A DNA stretch of 64,000 nucleotides from assembly GCA_040285825.1 (NCBI GenBank), contig JAUPSS010000003.1, positions 1,736,001 through 1,800,000 on the forward strand. Reading direction: 5' to 3'. Below the pieces are notes generated by a model, which was given only the letters and a program-made list of their open reading frames with translations, was not told the DNA's origin and made no database searches. Positions 24,301 through 34,271 of the stretch are shown here, in pieces (the first letter of the stretch is position 1; each line of letters begins with the position of its first letter). A program made the position numbers and the translations under genes. This DNA comes from Eukaryota sp. TZLM1-RC. Its lineage: Eukaryota > Protista > Metamonada: BaSk clade.

Positions 24301-25406
24301 TTAGACTCAGTAGTGGTCGTGTTGATCAAAGCCATTGACCCCAGACACATGAGTAAGGAAGTGAAAAAACTAGATGAAGTTTTGATGGCTAGACGATCAG
24401 TAGAAGCAATAGTTGTCAAATATTTCAAAAAATCACGTGATGTTGGCAAAACGGAAGCTGATTGGTTAAACAGTTCAAAACCTCGCTGAACCATTATTGG
24501 AAACAAATCAAAACCAGCATTCTCTTTAAATAGAGAAAATAAAGATGGAACGTGAACTAAACAACAAGTAAAGGAAGAAAATAAATTGGAAATACTTGAT
24601 TCTAAAGGGAAACTGGATAAGTAAAAGTTATCAAAAATTGATTTAAAAAACCAAATACTAATTCGAATAAAATCAGATTTTTCAAAATTTAATTCATCAA
24701 AATTTAAACACAACATAGATTTAGAAAAGGATAAATAAACTACCTTGAAAATTATACACGGCACATACAGAAATGACTCTGAAAAGGAAACTCTACTACA
24801 AAAACTTTCAAAAATAGTAAACAATGATTTAAAAGGCGAAAGTTTTATCAATTCCAGATTTTTTGATGGCAAAAGTTTGTCCAAGTCAATAAAACTACAC
24901 GAGTAACAACTAAAATCTGTTAAATTTCTGAATGTTTCTAAAGGAAAAAGTCCTGCACATCGAACGACAATGCAGCTAGTCACCTCAGAAATGGTTGAAT
25001 CACTAGAGTCGGCAGCCAGGGCGCATCTGTGTGCACAAATAGCAGGAATACCGGAAGAACAGAGAGCTTTGTGGTTGAGAGAGGTACGTAGAAGACCCAG
25101 AACAGCAGTATAACAGTCTAATGAATTGTAAGAGAATGACTTGAGATTTGAGGAGAGAAAATGGGTAAGTTCAGAGCACAGCAGTTCAAAAAGTGTAGAA
25201 ACGACGTCTGGTGAAGATATAGTAGGTGAAAAGTGTGAAGATAAGGAAGCTGTACGTTCAAACTTACACAAGTCAGAGATTATGAGAGACAAGCTCGTAG
25301 AGGAAGGTGCTGGTGAAGGAGCTGCATTAGAACGTCTTCCCTTGAAGAACATTAGAATTAGTTCAAAGAATTCTTTATAAAAATCTGCATTGTAGCGGTC
25401 TGTCAT
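18342..25406 (-). CDS. BEACH-family-like protein (helical repeats, ConA/LamG-like domain, PH-BEACH-type PH) lacking BEACH and WD40 domains
   Basis: 2354-aa ORF; beta-rich segment near aa 950-1100 (GLSFSCFL..WKLFCFSI); C-terminal ISVFERS..IGLEIF..SIFLIF..RDSVMKRV resembles the PH domain that precedes BEACH. Confidence 0.65.
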   Translation of the reverse strand: MTDRYNADFYKEFFELILMFFKGRRSNAAPSPAPSSTSLSLIISDLCKFERTASLSSHFSPTISSPDVVSTLFELLCSELTHFLSSNLKSFSYNSLDCYTAVLGLLRTSLNHKALCSSGIPAICAHRCALAADSSDSTISEVTSCIVVRCAGLFPLETFRNLTDFSCYSCSFIDLDKLLPSKNLELIKLSPFKSLFTIFESFCSRVSFSESFLYVPCIIFKVVYLSFSKSMLCLNFDELNFEKSDFIRISIWFFKSIFDNFYLSSFPLESSISNLFSSFTCCLVHVPSLFSLFKENAGFDLFPIMVQRGFELFNQSASVLPTSRDFLKYLTTIASTDRLAIKTSSSFFTSLLMCLGSMALINTTTTESKGTLMNPETIEILSQLYSDCLISIETREIFASLIIKTVQSVLDDHPHNLFIASFSCSRSIDELFLSLTQDLPSSPRSSIMSLLSSVCRCSGGVVDIEGRVKEEDVGVAGLSVLASLASVLVVVREKVENLDSVNILDLIVELYSTINDCVRSFSKNSARQLACSLGECGFLTNSVLISQSFAKRFQNLADESIAIDENLIHAYQIVCRFLSTVAVSSSVLRYIMINSSFCFIDLVAHSNLLVQNSSVIVLKALLFTLSSLDREFIDDSFVPTGFLDHVISLCESSKSTKVKATSSILAILTQSIFSAEESSVCLIRALGCAKVVERLLILFFSKPHLREMVSIALASLFHKFSSFSDSVKHLNFIEFALQEELNLDKWSELYYDFFGSIESSRTCLLQVLKICSSSPKLEEEIHLNLTLNNGCLFASILNVIFNSINSDSNLLLYEDFIDTATSLSLRPSTARLFADCHVCYHAINLLLSLYENSLEISEADVLICCLETLISRIFSVACTPLDLCLITEKLLDANCNISSNLLHFLNLMSFSTPYFVLETGKYQFEESNGDFFNPFLSSSTSPSQSKKIDFGSNGLSFSCFLRFLDLSTSNLELLSILGTTISLEINKSRLVLIFQDASGSRYPFTVSSDTVCVDSELNWKLFCFSIFKQRFSWKVSVYFDQTTTLLSSSIPSNVSKHLFKVFTSTQSFHLTVSDRICVAEPRIYNQVLSPLEFNKLSKFGGSGFESPGAHFIKHFSEGFGVLPSTVGGCSSINQFSHVSSTETHLPHPSFVVNEITNDNTTHCLKFSTSLSSLFYLDGIEFFGYLFSNCSSSDLFDSTIDSLCLLANSCKSFRHALSHKPVNGFHCSNISVILSSMFNSGNSSKFFSDSHLVKLMSLIGLEDDDVFDQSLFDCFLECTHLFAAINPTLITIFFKRLAFSYAKLHKSFSTILSIVSKTLYSEIDSIRNLFDLLLNSSRDDLIGERIRDTVALLNCCVSIPSLSSLNNGENKKNLKYSTSSVHNCSFIIYVLQKLCSQAIQRKEKGASKKLLSFIQPSHILPFLNKNSSNYAVASSLIRVALDFSCVSDDWLRASRDVNLWYCIYSFITTIPVEFASKLILFSTANSFGFNSLKLIWALDPDSDVMLDSFKELLSHHVKTVTFPITSSMGRCVQLSLTLLEGLAKSSPFDRQIAEVCVDLYILFIRQCLSKVSTSNQQLGSLPKRIENSAKYLGDLLLTLDGSTVDHDFEFETLEKFLMEEFDFDAGENENDLTLSLTPDSFGFNQFSEDNIDEEVLRFPAESPCNSDDEDSEHALSPFPLSQHISLSGSLLKLTASMVVLLVLDGDKSRLVGAISQVIPQEKDFVRFSSVVTVYKTFCRHLSQLLIPYLRTLQSFEPPIFGALNSVISIICSRLLGIVKLIDEKSAQDDTQNEASHLAFTVLDWVLDLISKISPAIIFKVLKSGAFNDVFHLLPLLLEWSVGINSAHKRDNVPELLGPLIYNNLHLITFNRDDKLMKIIAKFLLSYSVPSLLSIEPNDEIKSPFSLSWTVKIWHVLNRFFPSLVKTYASKCSGLSSAISSQDYFNGFELLSRETDLEFKSFVLSESFELRSLLLEPALAIKQGILADCTRVFDTITDNCLSVYRQMMKSFRKSESVYESTLFNYLRRHNSEILENRSLVKRLAHSAVRSQFESSATWRFVWSIRNYKTLNNLGVRQSRHLNSSMVRSNLSIDYTILSKFPPLKVNPDQVDSQDEKYQDLVCDSRSFPVSKSEALSTVYKIQAFFSNNSTPLPYSPLSFGSVISSISTLESLICSSEETIESIHHVGLVSNTLDSSPSVLIVTNLSMHLIVQSCINNGLLKSIPSQNILSAGQEIARKLGTLPPTFMNPLEALDLSCICTESNTPDILFRLTQRRIIDRRSIISVFERSSAHEAIGLEIFVSTCGSVIAGGGGRLDSIFLIFGDTKSRDSVMKRVRPSGVSFANEDIVSARDIFSL

Positions 25407-25565
25407 TCATTCGATTATAACTAATGGGTGGTATACACTTTGAAGGAGCTGCATTAGAACGTCTTCCCTTGAAGAACATAAGAATTAGTTCAAAGAATTC
25501 TTTATAAAAATCTGCATTGTAGCGGTCTGTCATTCATTCGATTATATCTAATGGGTGGTATACAC
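25314..25565. repeat. Tandem duplication (125-bp unit, period 127) of the start codon region of the BEACH-like gene
   Basis: 25314-25438 and 25441-25565 nearly identical (2 substitutions seen). Confidence 0.95.
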
Positions 25566-25934
25566 GCATGAAGCATTAAAATATTGACAAAACTTTGGGA
25601 AGTCACCTGAACCAAAAATTCTTTAGGGCCAATTTTTACAGACACATTTTATTGCAAAACCTTCGCTAATTACTGTTTGGTTCCTTTTATAACATTATGG
25701 GCCATTGCATTATTTTTTTCAAACAAACATAGTTTTCCTTCAATAAAAGTTGGTCATTCGGAGTATTCAAATACACTTTGATCTTTTGTTACAAACGCTT
25801 CATTTTCAACAAATATCCCACATATTCGAAAAGATCATATTCTAAACAACCGTTGTGGCGAAGTTCACAGGGTATTTTTTGAATTTATGAAATTTTTCCA
25901 TGTAGACTGCCATTGAGTGATTGGGGAAGTGATT

Positions 25935-25975
25935 TGATGATGTTGATGCGTGTATTGAGGATATTGAGTTCTATT
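25935..25975 (+). mobile_element. Short 3'-end relic of non-LTR family B
   Basis: GATGCGTGTATTGAGGATATTGAG matches the DACLEDIE terminus at 61660-61689. Confidence 0.55.
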
Positions 25976-26079
25976 TTTTTGTTTAATGTTTGGTTAGCGT
26001 TGAAAATAAAAAATATTCTTCCAAAAAAAGTGATTGGGGAAAGCATCGACTCCATTTTTTGACAATTCAGGGCGCTGAC

Positions 26080-26225
26080 GAATTCAAATCTCCATAATTA
26101 ATAGATTACCTCGGTTCTTCTCGAATACGAGAAAAAAAGCTGATCCCTCTTTTGCAGAGAAACTCTTGGTTAACTAAATTAGTCCCATTAGTTATGAGTT
26201 TAATGTGAGTTGTGGTTCAATAAAC
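26080..26225 (+). mobile_element. 3'-end relic of non-LTR family A
   Basis: ATTAATAGATTACCTCGGTT..CTTGGTT..TTCAATAAA parallels 4705-4868. Confidence 0.7.
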
Positions 26226-26414
26226 AACTTTTCTACATCAATTGCTGAAATTCCTTAATTTGATGCAAAAAAAATAAATTCTGGGTAGTCCTTAATGAAT
26301 CTTCCGAGTCTCTAAATCTTTCTGATGATTAATTGTGGTGCTTCAATTCTATAAATTAAAAGAATTGTTCCAATTCAATTGAATTTCCCCTCATTAGCTT
26401 TCAATTGGGGCCTT

Positions 26415-28054
26415 ATGCTGCCAGGCTTTTCTGATAATCTTAAACTAGCACGAGAGTACTCGCTGCTAGGTGATTATGAAGCAGCCTCAATATGTTACTC
26501 TGGTACTATAAGTCAACTTGATCTTTTCCACCAGGAGTCTTGCCCTTCTGGTTCACAAAAGTCTAAAGATATTATGTCTGCACTAAATGCCCTCAAAAGT
26601 GAACGAGACCTTGTTGAGAGCATTCGTGAAGAACTCAAACGTTTCACCACGAAGGGTTCTTCTAAATCTTCAACACCCGAACCTAGTGTTCCCTGTTTTG
26701 ACTCCGATTATCCTTCTTCTGACCACCAAAAACGTCACATCCTACAGGAAGATCCTCCTCCACCATTTAGACGTATACCAGATCATCTTAAAAACAAGCT
26801 TGCACACAATCGTCCTCCTCGTAACAAAACACCTCCGAAAGAACTACACAAACCCAACCCTAAACGGGCGCAGCTTCTTGCTCATGATAAGAGGCACAAG
26901 CAACCACAGCAGCCAGTGAAGTCCCGGTTGATGGCTCCCACAGCTGCTTCCCGTGGCCAAGCCAAAGTCCAACCTCCTCCTCGCCAAAGCCCTGAACGCT
27001 CTTCTTCTCCCCCCGAACGACCTGTGTCTCCCAAGTTCCAGACAGATGACCCTGCAATTGCTGAAAGAATAGAAAGAGAAATGATTGATAGATCTGTGAA
27101 TACAAAAATGACTGATGTGGCTGGCTTAGCTGATGCGAAGAGGGTTTTGCACGAAGCGGTCATACTTCCGAGACTGCGACCAGATTTCTTTACCGGAATA
27201 CGGCGTCCATGGAAGGGTATTCTGCTGCATGGTCCCCCTGGTATGGATTGGTTTTATTTCTGCTAATATTAGGTACGGGTAAAACGTTATTAGCCAAGGC
27301 TGTTGCTAATGAATGTGGTTCCAAGTTTTTTGCAGTGTCAGCTTCTACTTTGGTAAATAAATTATTGGGAGAATCTGAAAAAACTATCAGAGTTTTATTT
27401 GAAATGGCTCGTTTTTATGCTCCTTCAATCATTTTCCTGGATGAAATTGATGCCGTTTTTAATACTAGAGGCAAGAGTGGAGAACATGATGCTTCTAGGA
27501 GAATAAAGTCGCAATTGTTAATTATGATGGAAGGTCTTTCTAATGACCAATTAGAGGAAGATTCATGTAAGAATGTTATGGTACTTGCTGCCACTAATTT
27601 TCCGTGGGATTTGGATGAGGCGCTAAGGAGAAGACTTGAAAAAAGGGTTTATATACCACTGCCTGATACTGAGGGTCGGAAACAGTTATTAACTGATTGT
27701 CTCAAAGATCAAAAATTAGCTGGTGCTAAAGATGAATCATCAAAGGACGAAGAATCAGAAGAGAAATCACAGTCTAAAGGTCAGGACTATGTGGATATTG
27801 ATAAGCTAGTTGAATTAACAGATGGGTATTCTGGTGCAGATCTGACTAATATTTGTAGGGATGCTTCCTTCTCAGTAATTAGGAAAGCTATCGCTGGACT
27901 TTCTCCTGAACAAATTCAACATTTGGATAAAGATAAGGTTGATACTATCCACATGTCTGATTTTCTTGATTGTTTAGAAAGAATTAAACCATCAGTTGAT
28001 AAAAAAGATGTGGAGAGGCATGTTCTGTGGGCTAATGAATTTGGAAGTAAATAA
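26415..28054 (+). CDS. KATNA1: Katanin p60 catalytic subunit; one 32-nt intron (27241-27272)
   Basis: MIT-like [23 protein letters not shown]; Walker A GPPGTGKT restored by removing GTATGG..GCTAATATTAG; [27 protein letters not shown]-terminal EFGS. Confidence 0.95.
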
Positions 28055-28152
28055 GCTTCTTATTGTTGATTTGAAAATTAAGGAATACAATTCTATTTAT
28101 ACAATTGAATAAATTACGACTAAACACTTTAAACAATTCTTGTAATAAAATT

Positions 28153-30191
28153 TCAATTTTTTCTTTTATCAATTACAGGAATTCTGTTATAAATGCACAA
28201 ACTATCAATAAATCTTTGGCAATCATTACTTGAAAAACCAGCCAAATCCAAAGTTCTCGAAGAACACACCAGACTAAGTAAAAGCTCAGAGTCTCTTAAT
28301 TCTAATGGTAATTTGGTAGTATCCGATCCTCCATGCCAATGTCCTCTTATTAAACATGAAATATCAGATAAGGGAACTGATTTCACCTTGGAATCTATGA
28401 TTAGTTTGTTTTTGAAACAGAAATTCTAGGAGGAGCGTATCAGTTGAATTCAATGAAGTGAAAACAACTTTCTGAATCCTCCATTTAAAAAAAGCTCTTA
28501 AACATACCGTTTCCGCCAACAATTTTCCATTTGAGTTTTGAATTCTTGACAAAAAAATGTCTTTTATGTGGTTTCCCTGACAAAATTCCTTTTTTCCCCA
28601 GCCCCTTCATGAAAATAAAACCTCTTTCTAATACACTAAATACTTCCCTCTCTACTTTATCATTAACTAATTGAATAACACCATCAATTAGACCATTACA
28701 GATATCAATAGCAGCAGCATTTGCTTCTCGATGACGTGAGATCTGCTTTTCTAATACATCAAAATCAATTCCACCAGATAATACTCTTCTGGGGGTTTTT
28801 ACACTTCTCAAGTGTTCCAAAACTCCAGAAACTGGTTGGCTAGAGTGAGTTTGAGGAGTTGAGCTAAAACTATCTGGACTATGGGACCTTACACTTGAAT
28901 CATGATTGGAACCCCTTTCTTGACTTGGACTGAGCTCTAGACTTGGACTGCTGTTAGGGTTAGGGTTAGGGTTAGCTACAAATTCTTCAATTCCTTCATT
29001 TAAATCAAATTCTTCTTCACATGAGTTTGTTTCAAAAGTTGTCTTATTGGAAGAAGCAACCAAAGAAACATCTTCATGAAAATCACCCTCACTCTCATCA
29101 ACACTGATCTCTTCTTCATGTGACAGCTTGTCAACAGACTCTACAATGATCTCTTCTTCAATATTTACATTATTTGTTCTAGGTTTTGGTGTAACCGGGG
29201 GACATGGTAAATGAGAATACAATCTAGAAGGAGTTGACTTATACCGTTGCCTCAGCTTAGAGGTGGGTTCCATTTTAATCTTGACCTTATTTTTAACTGT
29301 TTTAGGGGTTTCCTGGACAACACGTGACTGCTGACGTGGCGAGACAGCTCTTTTTGACCTAGACTTGGAGTTGACTAATCGGGACTTTTCAGCCGCTTGT
29401 TGACTATTCTCCCTTGATCCAACCAAACTTTTCTCATTCCTTTTCTCATTCCTTCGCCCCCCAGCCCTTCCTCTTGGTTCTTCCTTATTGAGCTTTGCTT
29501 CTTCACTAATGTTTAGTTTGGGAACGTCAGGAACATTACTTTGAAAAACTGAATAATTCGCCAAAGATTTCTTGATTGCATCTCTTTTTGGCGAGGTTGC
29601 CCTTTGTTTAGATTTCAATGGAGAATATACAGGATTCAACTCGGGAGACGTGTTGAGTGTGGATGAAATGGGAGAAACAGCAGAGCATGGGGTATGTGAA
29701 TTGTCAAGGGACTTCTTCTGATCGGAAGGGAAAAGTGGAGAATCAAGGAAAGGTGAATCATTGGATTGAATGGAGGAAAGCTTAGGTACGATTGGTTCAG
29801 GTTGGGGTATTTGTGAAGGAGAGGAGTGAAGTGAGGTGGAGGTGGGGGATACGGAGAGTTCTGGAAGGTTGAACAGATCTTCCTCATCAGTGAAATCTTG
29901 CAGTTCTATAGGAGAAAGCTGAAGTCCCTGCGTGGAACTGTAAGGAGAGTTGTGTGTAGAAGTTGGGGATGACTTTGAGTGAATATCAACAAAACGTGAG
30001 TCATTAACAAATAACTGGAATTCCGAGAACTTTTCAAGAGTAGTACCAGAGCTCGTTTCAAACTTAGTTTCAAGCGGTAGATCGTTGATTTGAAGTTTGG
30101 AGAAGTGATCCTTGGAACCTACAGGTCTCAGTGATAAAATAGCAGTATTGTTAACACCTGAGAGCAGGAGGTCGCCCTCATTGGTATCCAT
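28153..30191 (-). CDS. Ser/Pro-rich protein with C-terminal PH-like domain; one 113-nt intron (28395-28507)
   Basis: First ATG at 30191; removing GTATGT..ACTAATCATAG joins GFIFMK..PHKRHF..LKWK in frame to VPLSDI..RG..SRTLDL (PLC/Mcp5-type PH pattern). Confidence 0.75.
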
Positions 30192-30259
30192 TGAGATTCT
30201 GTGATTTGGTAGTTTGTCAAGAGAATAACTTTTAAATTTGCAATCTCTTAGACTATTCA

Positions 30260-33200
30260 ATGCAAGATTTCAATGTATCTCAGCAGTTTCATATAAAACC
30301 CATTAGCCGTAAAGCTTATTCTCTTTCTCTTCCAGACAACACTTCCCATGTTCCCAGAACTACTAGAGCTGGCTTAGTTTTATGTCTTCACATTGGTTTT
30401 GAACCACCTGATGATTGTTGGGTCGATGGTCAACCTAGAGCTGTTATGGAATGTTTCTTAAATCCTGCGACTCTTCCTCTTGCCAGTGCAAATTCCTTTG
30501 TAGCAAAAGAACTACGTACTCAGTTTAAACAAATCAAACTATCTGAATCATCCTTAGAATGTGCCGTTGACCTCGTGGTTGAGAACATCCACGCTTTCTG
30601 CACTAACCTTCGCCGTCTCCATCCTACCGAACAATATGATGACTCCCGGCGATCACACATCCACACAGATCGTGTCCTTTTCTACTACAATGGACATGGG
30701 GTACCTCGCCCTACATCAACCGAGTTGTGGTTCCTCAATAAGCATCACACCAAGTACATGCCAGCCAAGATTGATCACATCGCAAAGTACATTGGTAACC
30801 CCGCTACCTATATTCTTGATTGCTCCAATGCAGGCGAACTTGTCCCTTTCCTCTCCAACTTACCTGACGTCTACGTCTTTTCAGCCACTTCTGAAGGACA
30901 GCTTCTCCCCATTGATCCTAATCTTCCAGCTGATCTCTTCACCTCATGCTTAACTGCTCCTATAGAGACGTGTTTGTCTTGGTATGCCACTCGATCACAT
31001 TTGTCTGAGGTCAATTATTCTGTGGTATCTAAATTAAAAAGATTTAATTCTGGTCAAGTAAACGATAAAAAAACCATTCTTGGAGAATTACATTCTATTT
31101 TCACTGCAATAACAGATGCAATTTGTTGGAACCTATTACCACCATTATTATTCAGAAAACTTCTCCGCCAAGATAATCCAACTGCTTATTTATTTAGACA
31201 TTTTCTACTTGCGGATAGACTGTTTGGTTATCTAGGAGTTAAACCACTCTCTGTTCCTAAACTTCCACCAACAAGTCATCATTTCCTTTGGTTATCATGG
31301 GATAGGACTCTTGATTTGTTCATGAGGTCAATAGTCTTCAACCACGAAGGACAAATACAGTCAGTAGACCGTCCTTGTTTTTTCTCTGAGCAATTAAAAG
31401 CTTTTTCACACTATGTCTCTTTCCGACCATCCGCTCCCCCCAGTTCCTCTGTCTACCACTTACCTATTCTTCTACAAGCGGTTATTGGCCAGTCTCACCG
31501 TGACTTAGCTGTGGAGTTGTTGGCAAAGTTTATTGATTTTGGGTCTTGGGCAGCTGAATCATTGTTAGAAGTTGGGTTTGTGACTTATTTAAGAAAGCTA
31601 GTCGATAACAAGTATTTCAAACAAGAATTTGTACATCTTTGGGCAAAACTAATGCTATACGCACGACCTCGATTAATTGCTGTCATTGAAGGTAAAAATT
31701 CTAGGAGTTCAATGGATTTAAAGTTATTCGTAGCCTTAGTATGTACCTCTCCAAATTATCGTATCAAGGCTCTTGCTTGTTTTGTTGTTGCGCAGTTCAT
31801 AGACTCGAATCCTCAGTGCTTGTTGAAATCGTTGTCAATGTCGAGAGCTCAGAAATTGATTGATCTTTTGATTGATGTTGGTGAAAATTTCAGAGAAGTT
31901 GACGATTCTGATTTTAATTTATTTTTACAATGGTTATGTCTATGTGTGTACCAGATTTTTTCCAAATACAATTCACAAATCAGCTGTACAGAAGCTGTTG
32001 TCATTTCATTGTCAAATATTCAACTGATCTCTTCTTGTCACCTTGTCAGATCAACATGTTTTGCTGCTTTAAGATCTGTTTTCTGTTATTTCGCTCGGTT
32101 CAAGGCACTTTCTAATGAATTAATAACGGCACTTTTAGAAACTTGTAATTCTTTTTGTTCTGATTGTAGTTTTGTGGTGCGAACAGAAGCTTTTTTGTTT
32201 ATTTTGAATTTAATTGAGAAAACTGTAATTCAAACCAACGATTATTCGCTCCAATTGATCCCAATTGTCAATATTTTACTGTACGCCACTTTTGATCCCG
32301 ACTTGTCAGTCAGTTTCTTTTTTTGTAATCAAATTTTAGAATTACGTGATAAACTTTCCGCTGTCCTCTCATCAAGGTCAAGGGAGTTGGAAGCCTCTTT
32401 AAATGAGGTTTTTTCACAAACTGAAGCAAGAGTTGAACATTTTGGCTTGCGACATCCTCTTATTTATTCTGACAAACCTGATTCAAAATCAAACAAGTAC
32501 AAGAAATCCCGAAAAACAAGTGATCCATTGTCTGTTGAGCCCACTGTTTGTGACATCCCAGAAGTTTCAGGAATTCAATCAATTTTGACCGATTTATTTA
32601 ATGATGTCACCGTAGATGGAAAGATAACGTCACCTACAGATTCTGTAGATCAAATGAAGCTCAATATTCGTAATCAATCAATTATGGAGTCGACATCACG
32701 TGATAATGATCACATCTCCAACCCAATCGGCTTTAATGTAGGTGTGCTTCAGCTTTTATATCCAAATTCAACCAATTTCTCCATTCAAAAACTTTTATTT
32801 CACCCTTTTGATCTCACCACCATAGCAGTTGATCCTCAAGGTTTAGCTGTCCTTCAGTCGTGGAATCCTAATAATAACAAGGAATTCCCCAATGGTTATT
32901 TCACTGCTGTGCCTTTTGGTCATTGTGAATTCCATGGAAGTCAAGTGTGTGATGCTTTTCTGACAGATTCCAAATTTTCTGATGGCAGTCTTGTCAGCTC
33001 TACTAGTGATGGTGCGATTTTTATTTCAAAATTACCATCACTTGAAGAAGGTAATTCTTTTGATAAGTCTTTAATTTCGGGCTTTCGACCAGTCAAGAAT
33101 TCTAAATATTGGTCGTCTTTGGGTGATACCAGTCTATGCTCATTGAGTTTTCATCGAATTGCAAATTCCCCAGACGGCAGTCTTGTTTCGTCAATGGGAA

Positions 33201-33796
33201 TAGGTCAAAATCTTTCCATTATTGACCTTTCTTCCTTGACTATCCGAGAAAGTTTTGATTTAGACCCGAATACTGACCCCTGTGCCTTGACCTGGCTTGA
33301 CGATAACTTTATAGTATTGGGTTCGTCTGACGGTAAGCTCTCACATTTTGATTTGCGATCCAATCAACTTGGAGACGTAATCAATACTGGATTAGCAGAT
33401 GTTGTAGACATTCAAACTCAAAAAAAAGATCCATTTACTTTTATTGCTGCCGATTCAACTGGTTTTGTTCAAGTTTTCGATATCAGAAACCAAACCAAAC
33501 CTCTAACCTCAATAAGGTGTTTTTCTGGAAGCATTGTTTCCTTTGATCTTCATCAAAATGCTCCTTATTTTGTTACACTAGATAGTAGAAATGGTGTTTC
33601 TGCCTTTAATACTGATTGTGAGTTGTTGTCCAGCCAGAAGTACACTTCACTGCAATTGCTAAGCCACTGTAGAGCTTTGGGATGTTTATTGCATCCTCAT
33701 AGATCTCTGGTTGCCGTTTATGATGATTTTTCTAATTTGAGTTTTCTGGCAAAAGATCGAGAGTTCAAGCTACATTATGATAGTTGCGGTTTGTAA
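30260..33796 (+). CDS. RPTOR: Raptor/KOG1 (TORC1 scaffold)
   Basis: RNC domain LVLCLHIG..PPD, RVLFYYNGHGVPRPT, DCSNAG, LPADLFTSCLTAP; HEAT repeats; C-terminal WD40. Confidence 0.95.
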   Translation: MQDFNVSQQFHIKPISRKAYSLSLPDNTSHVPRTTRAGLVLCLHIGFEPPDDCWVDGQPRAVMECFLNPATLPLASANSFVAKELRTQFKQIKLSESSLECAVDLVVENIHAFCTNLRRLHPTEQYDDSRRSHIHTDRVLFYYNGHGVPRPTSTELWFLNKHHTKYMPAKIDHIAKYIGNPATYILDCSNAGELVPFLSNLPDVYVFSATSEGQLLPIDPNLPADLFTSCLTAPIETCLSWYATRSHLSEVNYSVVSKLKRFNSGQVNDKKTILGELHSIFTAITDAICWNLLPPLLFRKLLRQDNPTAYLFRHFLLADRLFGYLGVKPLSVPKLPPTSHHFLWLSWDRTLDLFMRSIVFNHEGQIQSVDRPCFFSEQLKAFSHYVSFRPSAPPSSSVYHLPILLQAVIGQSHRDLAVELLAKFIDFGSWAAESLLEVGFVTYLRKLVDNKYFKQEFVHLWAKLMLYARPRLIAVIEGKNSRSSMDLKLFVALVCTSPNYRIKALACFVVAQFIDSNPQCLLKSLSMSRAQKLIDLLIDVGENFREVDDSDFNLFLQWLCLCVYQIFSKYNSQISCTEAVVISLSNIQLISSCHLVRSTCFAALRSVFCYFARFKALSNELITALLETCNSFCSDCSFVVRTEAFLFILNLIEKTVIQTNDYSLQLIPIVNILLYATFDPDLSVSFFFCNQILELRDKLSAVLSSRSRELEASLNEVFSQTEARVEHFGLRHPLIYSDKPDSKSNKYKKSRKTSDPLSVEPTVCDIPEVSGIQSILTDLFNDVTVDGKITSPTDSVDQMKLNIRNQSIMESTSRDNDHISNPIGFNVGVLQLLYPNSTNFSIQKLLFHPFDLTTIAVDPQGLAVLQSWNPNNNKEFPNGYFTAVPFGHCEFHGSQVCDAFLTDSKFSDGSLVSSTSDGAIFISKLPSLEEGNSFDKSLISGFRPVKNSKYWSSLGDTSLCSLSFHRIANSPDGSLVSSMGIGQNLSIIDLSSLTIRESFDLDPNTDPCALTWLDDNFIVLGSSDGKLSHFDLRSNQLGDVINTGLADVVDIQTQKKDPFTFIAADSTGFVQVFDIRNQTKPLTSIRCFSGSIVSFDLHQNAPYFVTLDSRNGVSAFNTDCELLSSQKYTSLQLLSHCRALGCLLHPHRSLVAVYDDFSNLSFLAKDREFKLHYDSCGL

Positions 33797-34271
33797 TGGC
33801 TGTGATTATTTAATTAAACATGCTACAATCGAAATGATTCTTAACTTTTTTTCTTCTTTTGTTATAATTTTTTTTAAATAGAAGTGGCTGGTTTTGCTTC
33901 GATTCAAAAATTGAAATTTATTATTAAAGTTATTTAATGTATATCTTAATAAGTGTTGTTTAAATAAGGTATTCTTTGTCGCTTTGAATTCACTCTTCTT
34001 TTGATCATTTCTGTGGGTGTTCTTTTGATAGTGACCCTATTGTAAATTTGTTTTGAGGTGGCGATTCTACTTTTCCACTCCTTATTTGTTAGATATTGCT
34101 TTTAATTCATTTAATTTTCGTTTTCATTCATGTTAGACAAGTAAATTTTAAATATATTTTAAATTCTGGTAATTTTTTTTCTGACGGAAATTATTGAATA
34201 ACCACAAATTAAATTATTATATTTACAATTATTATACAAATCTACAAGATACCATTCAAAAACAAAACCCT

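Noticed and set aside
12067-25380. Many short antisense or overlapping ORFs in the ORF track
   Set aside because: Shadows of long genes with no independent motifs.
28954-28975. (TTAGGG)3+ telomere-like tract
   Set aside because: Encodes NPNPNPN in a low-complexity protein region; too short to call an interstitial telomere.
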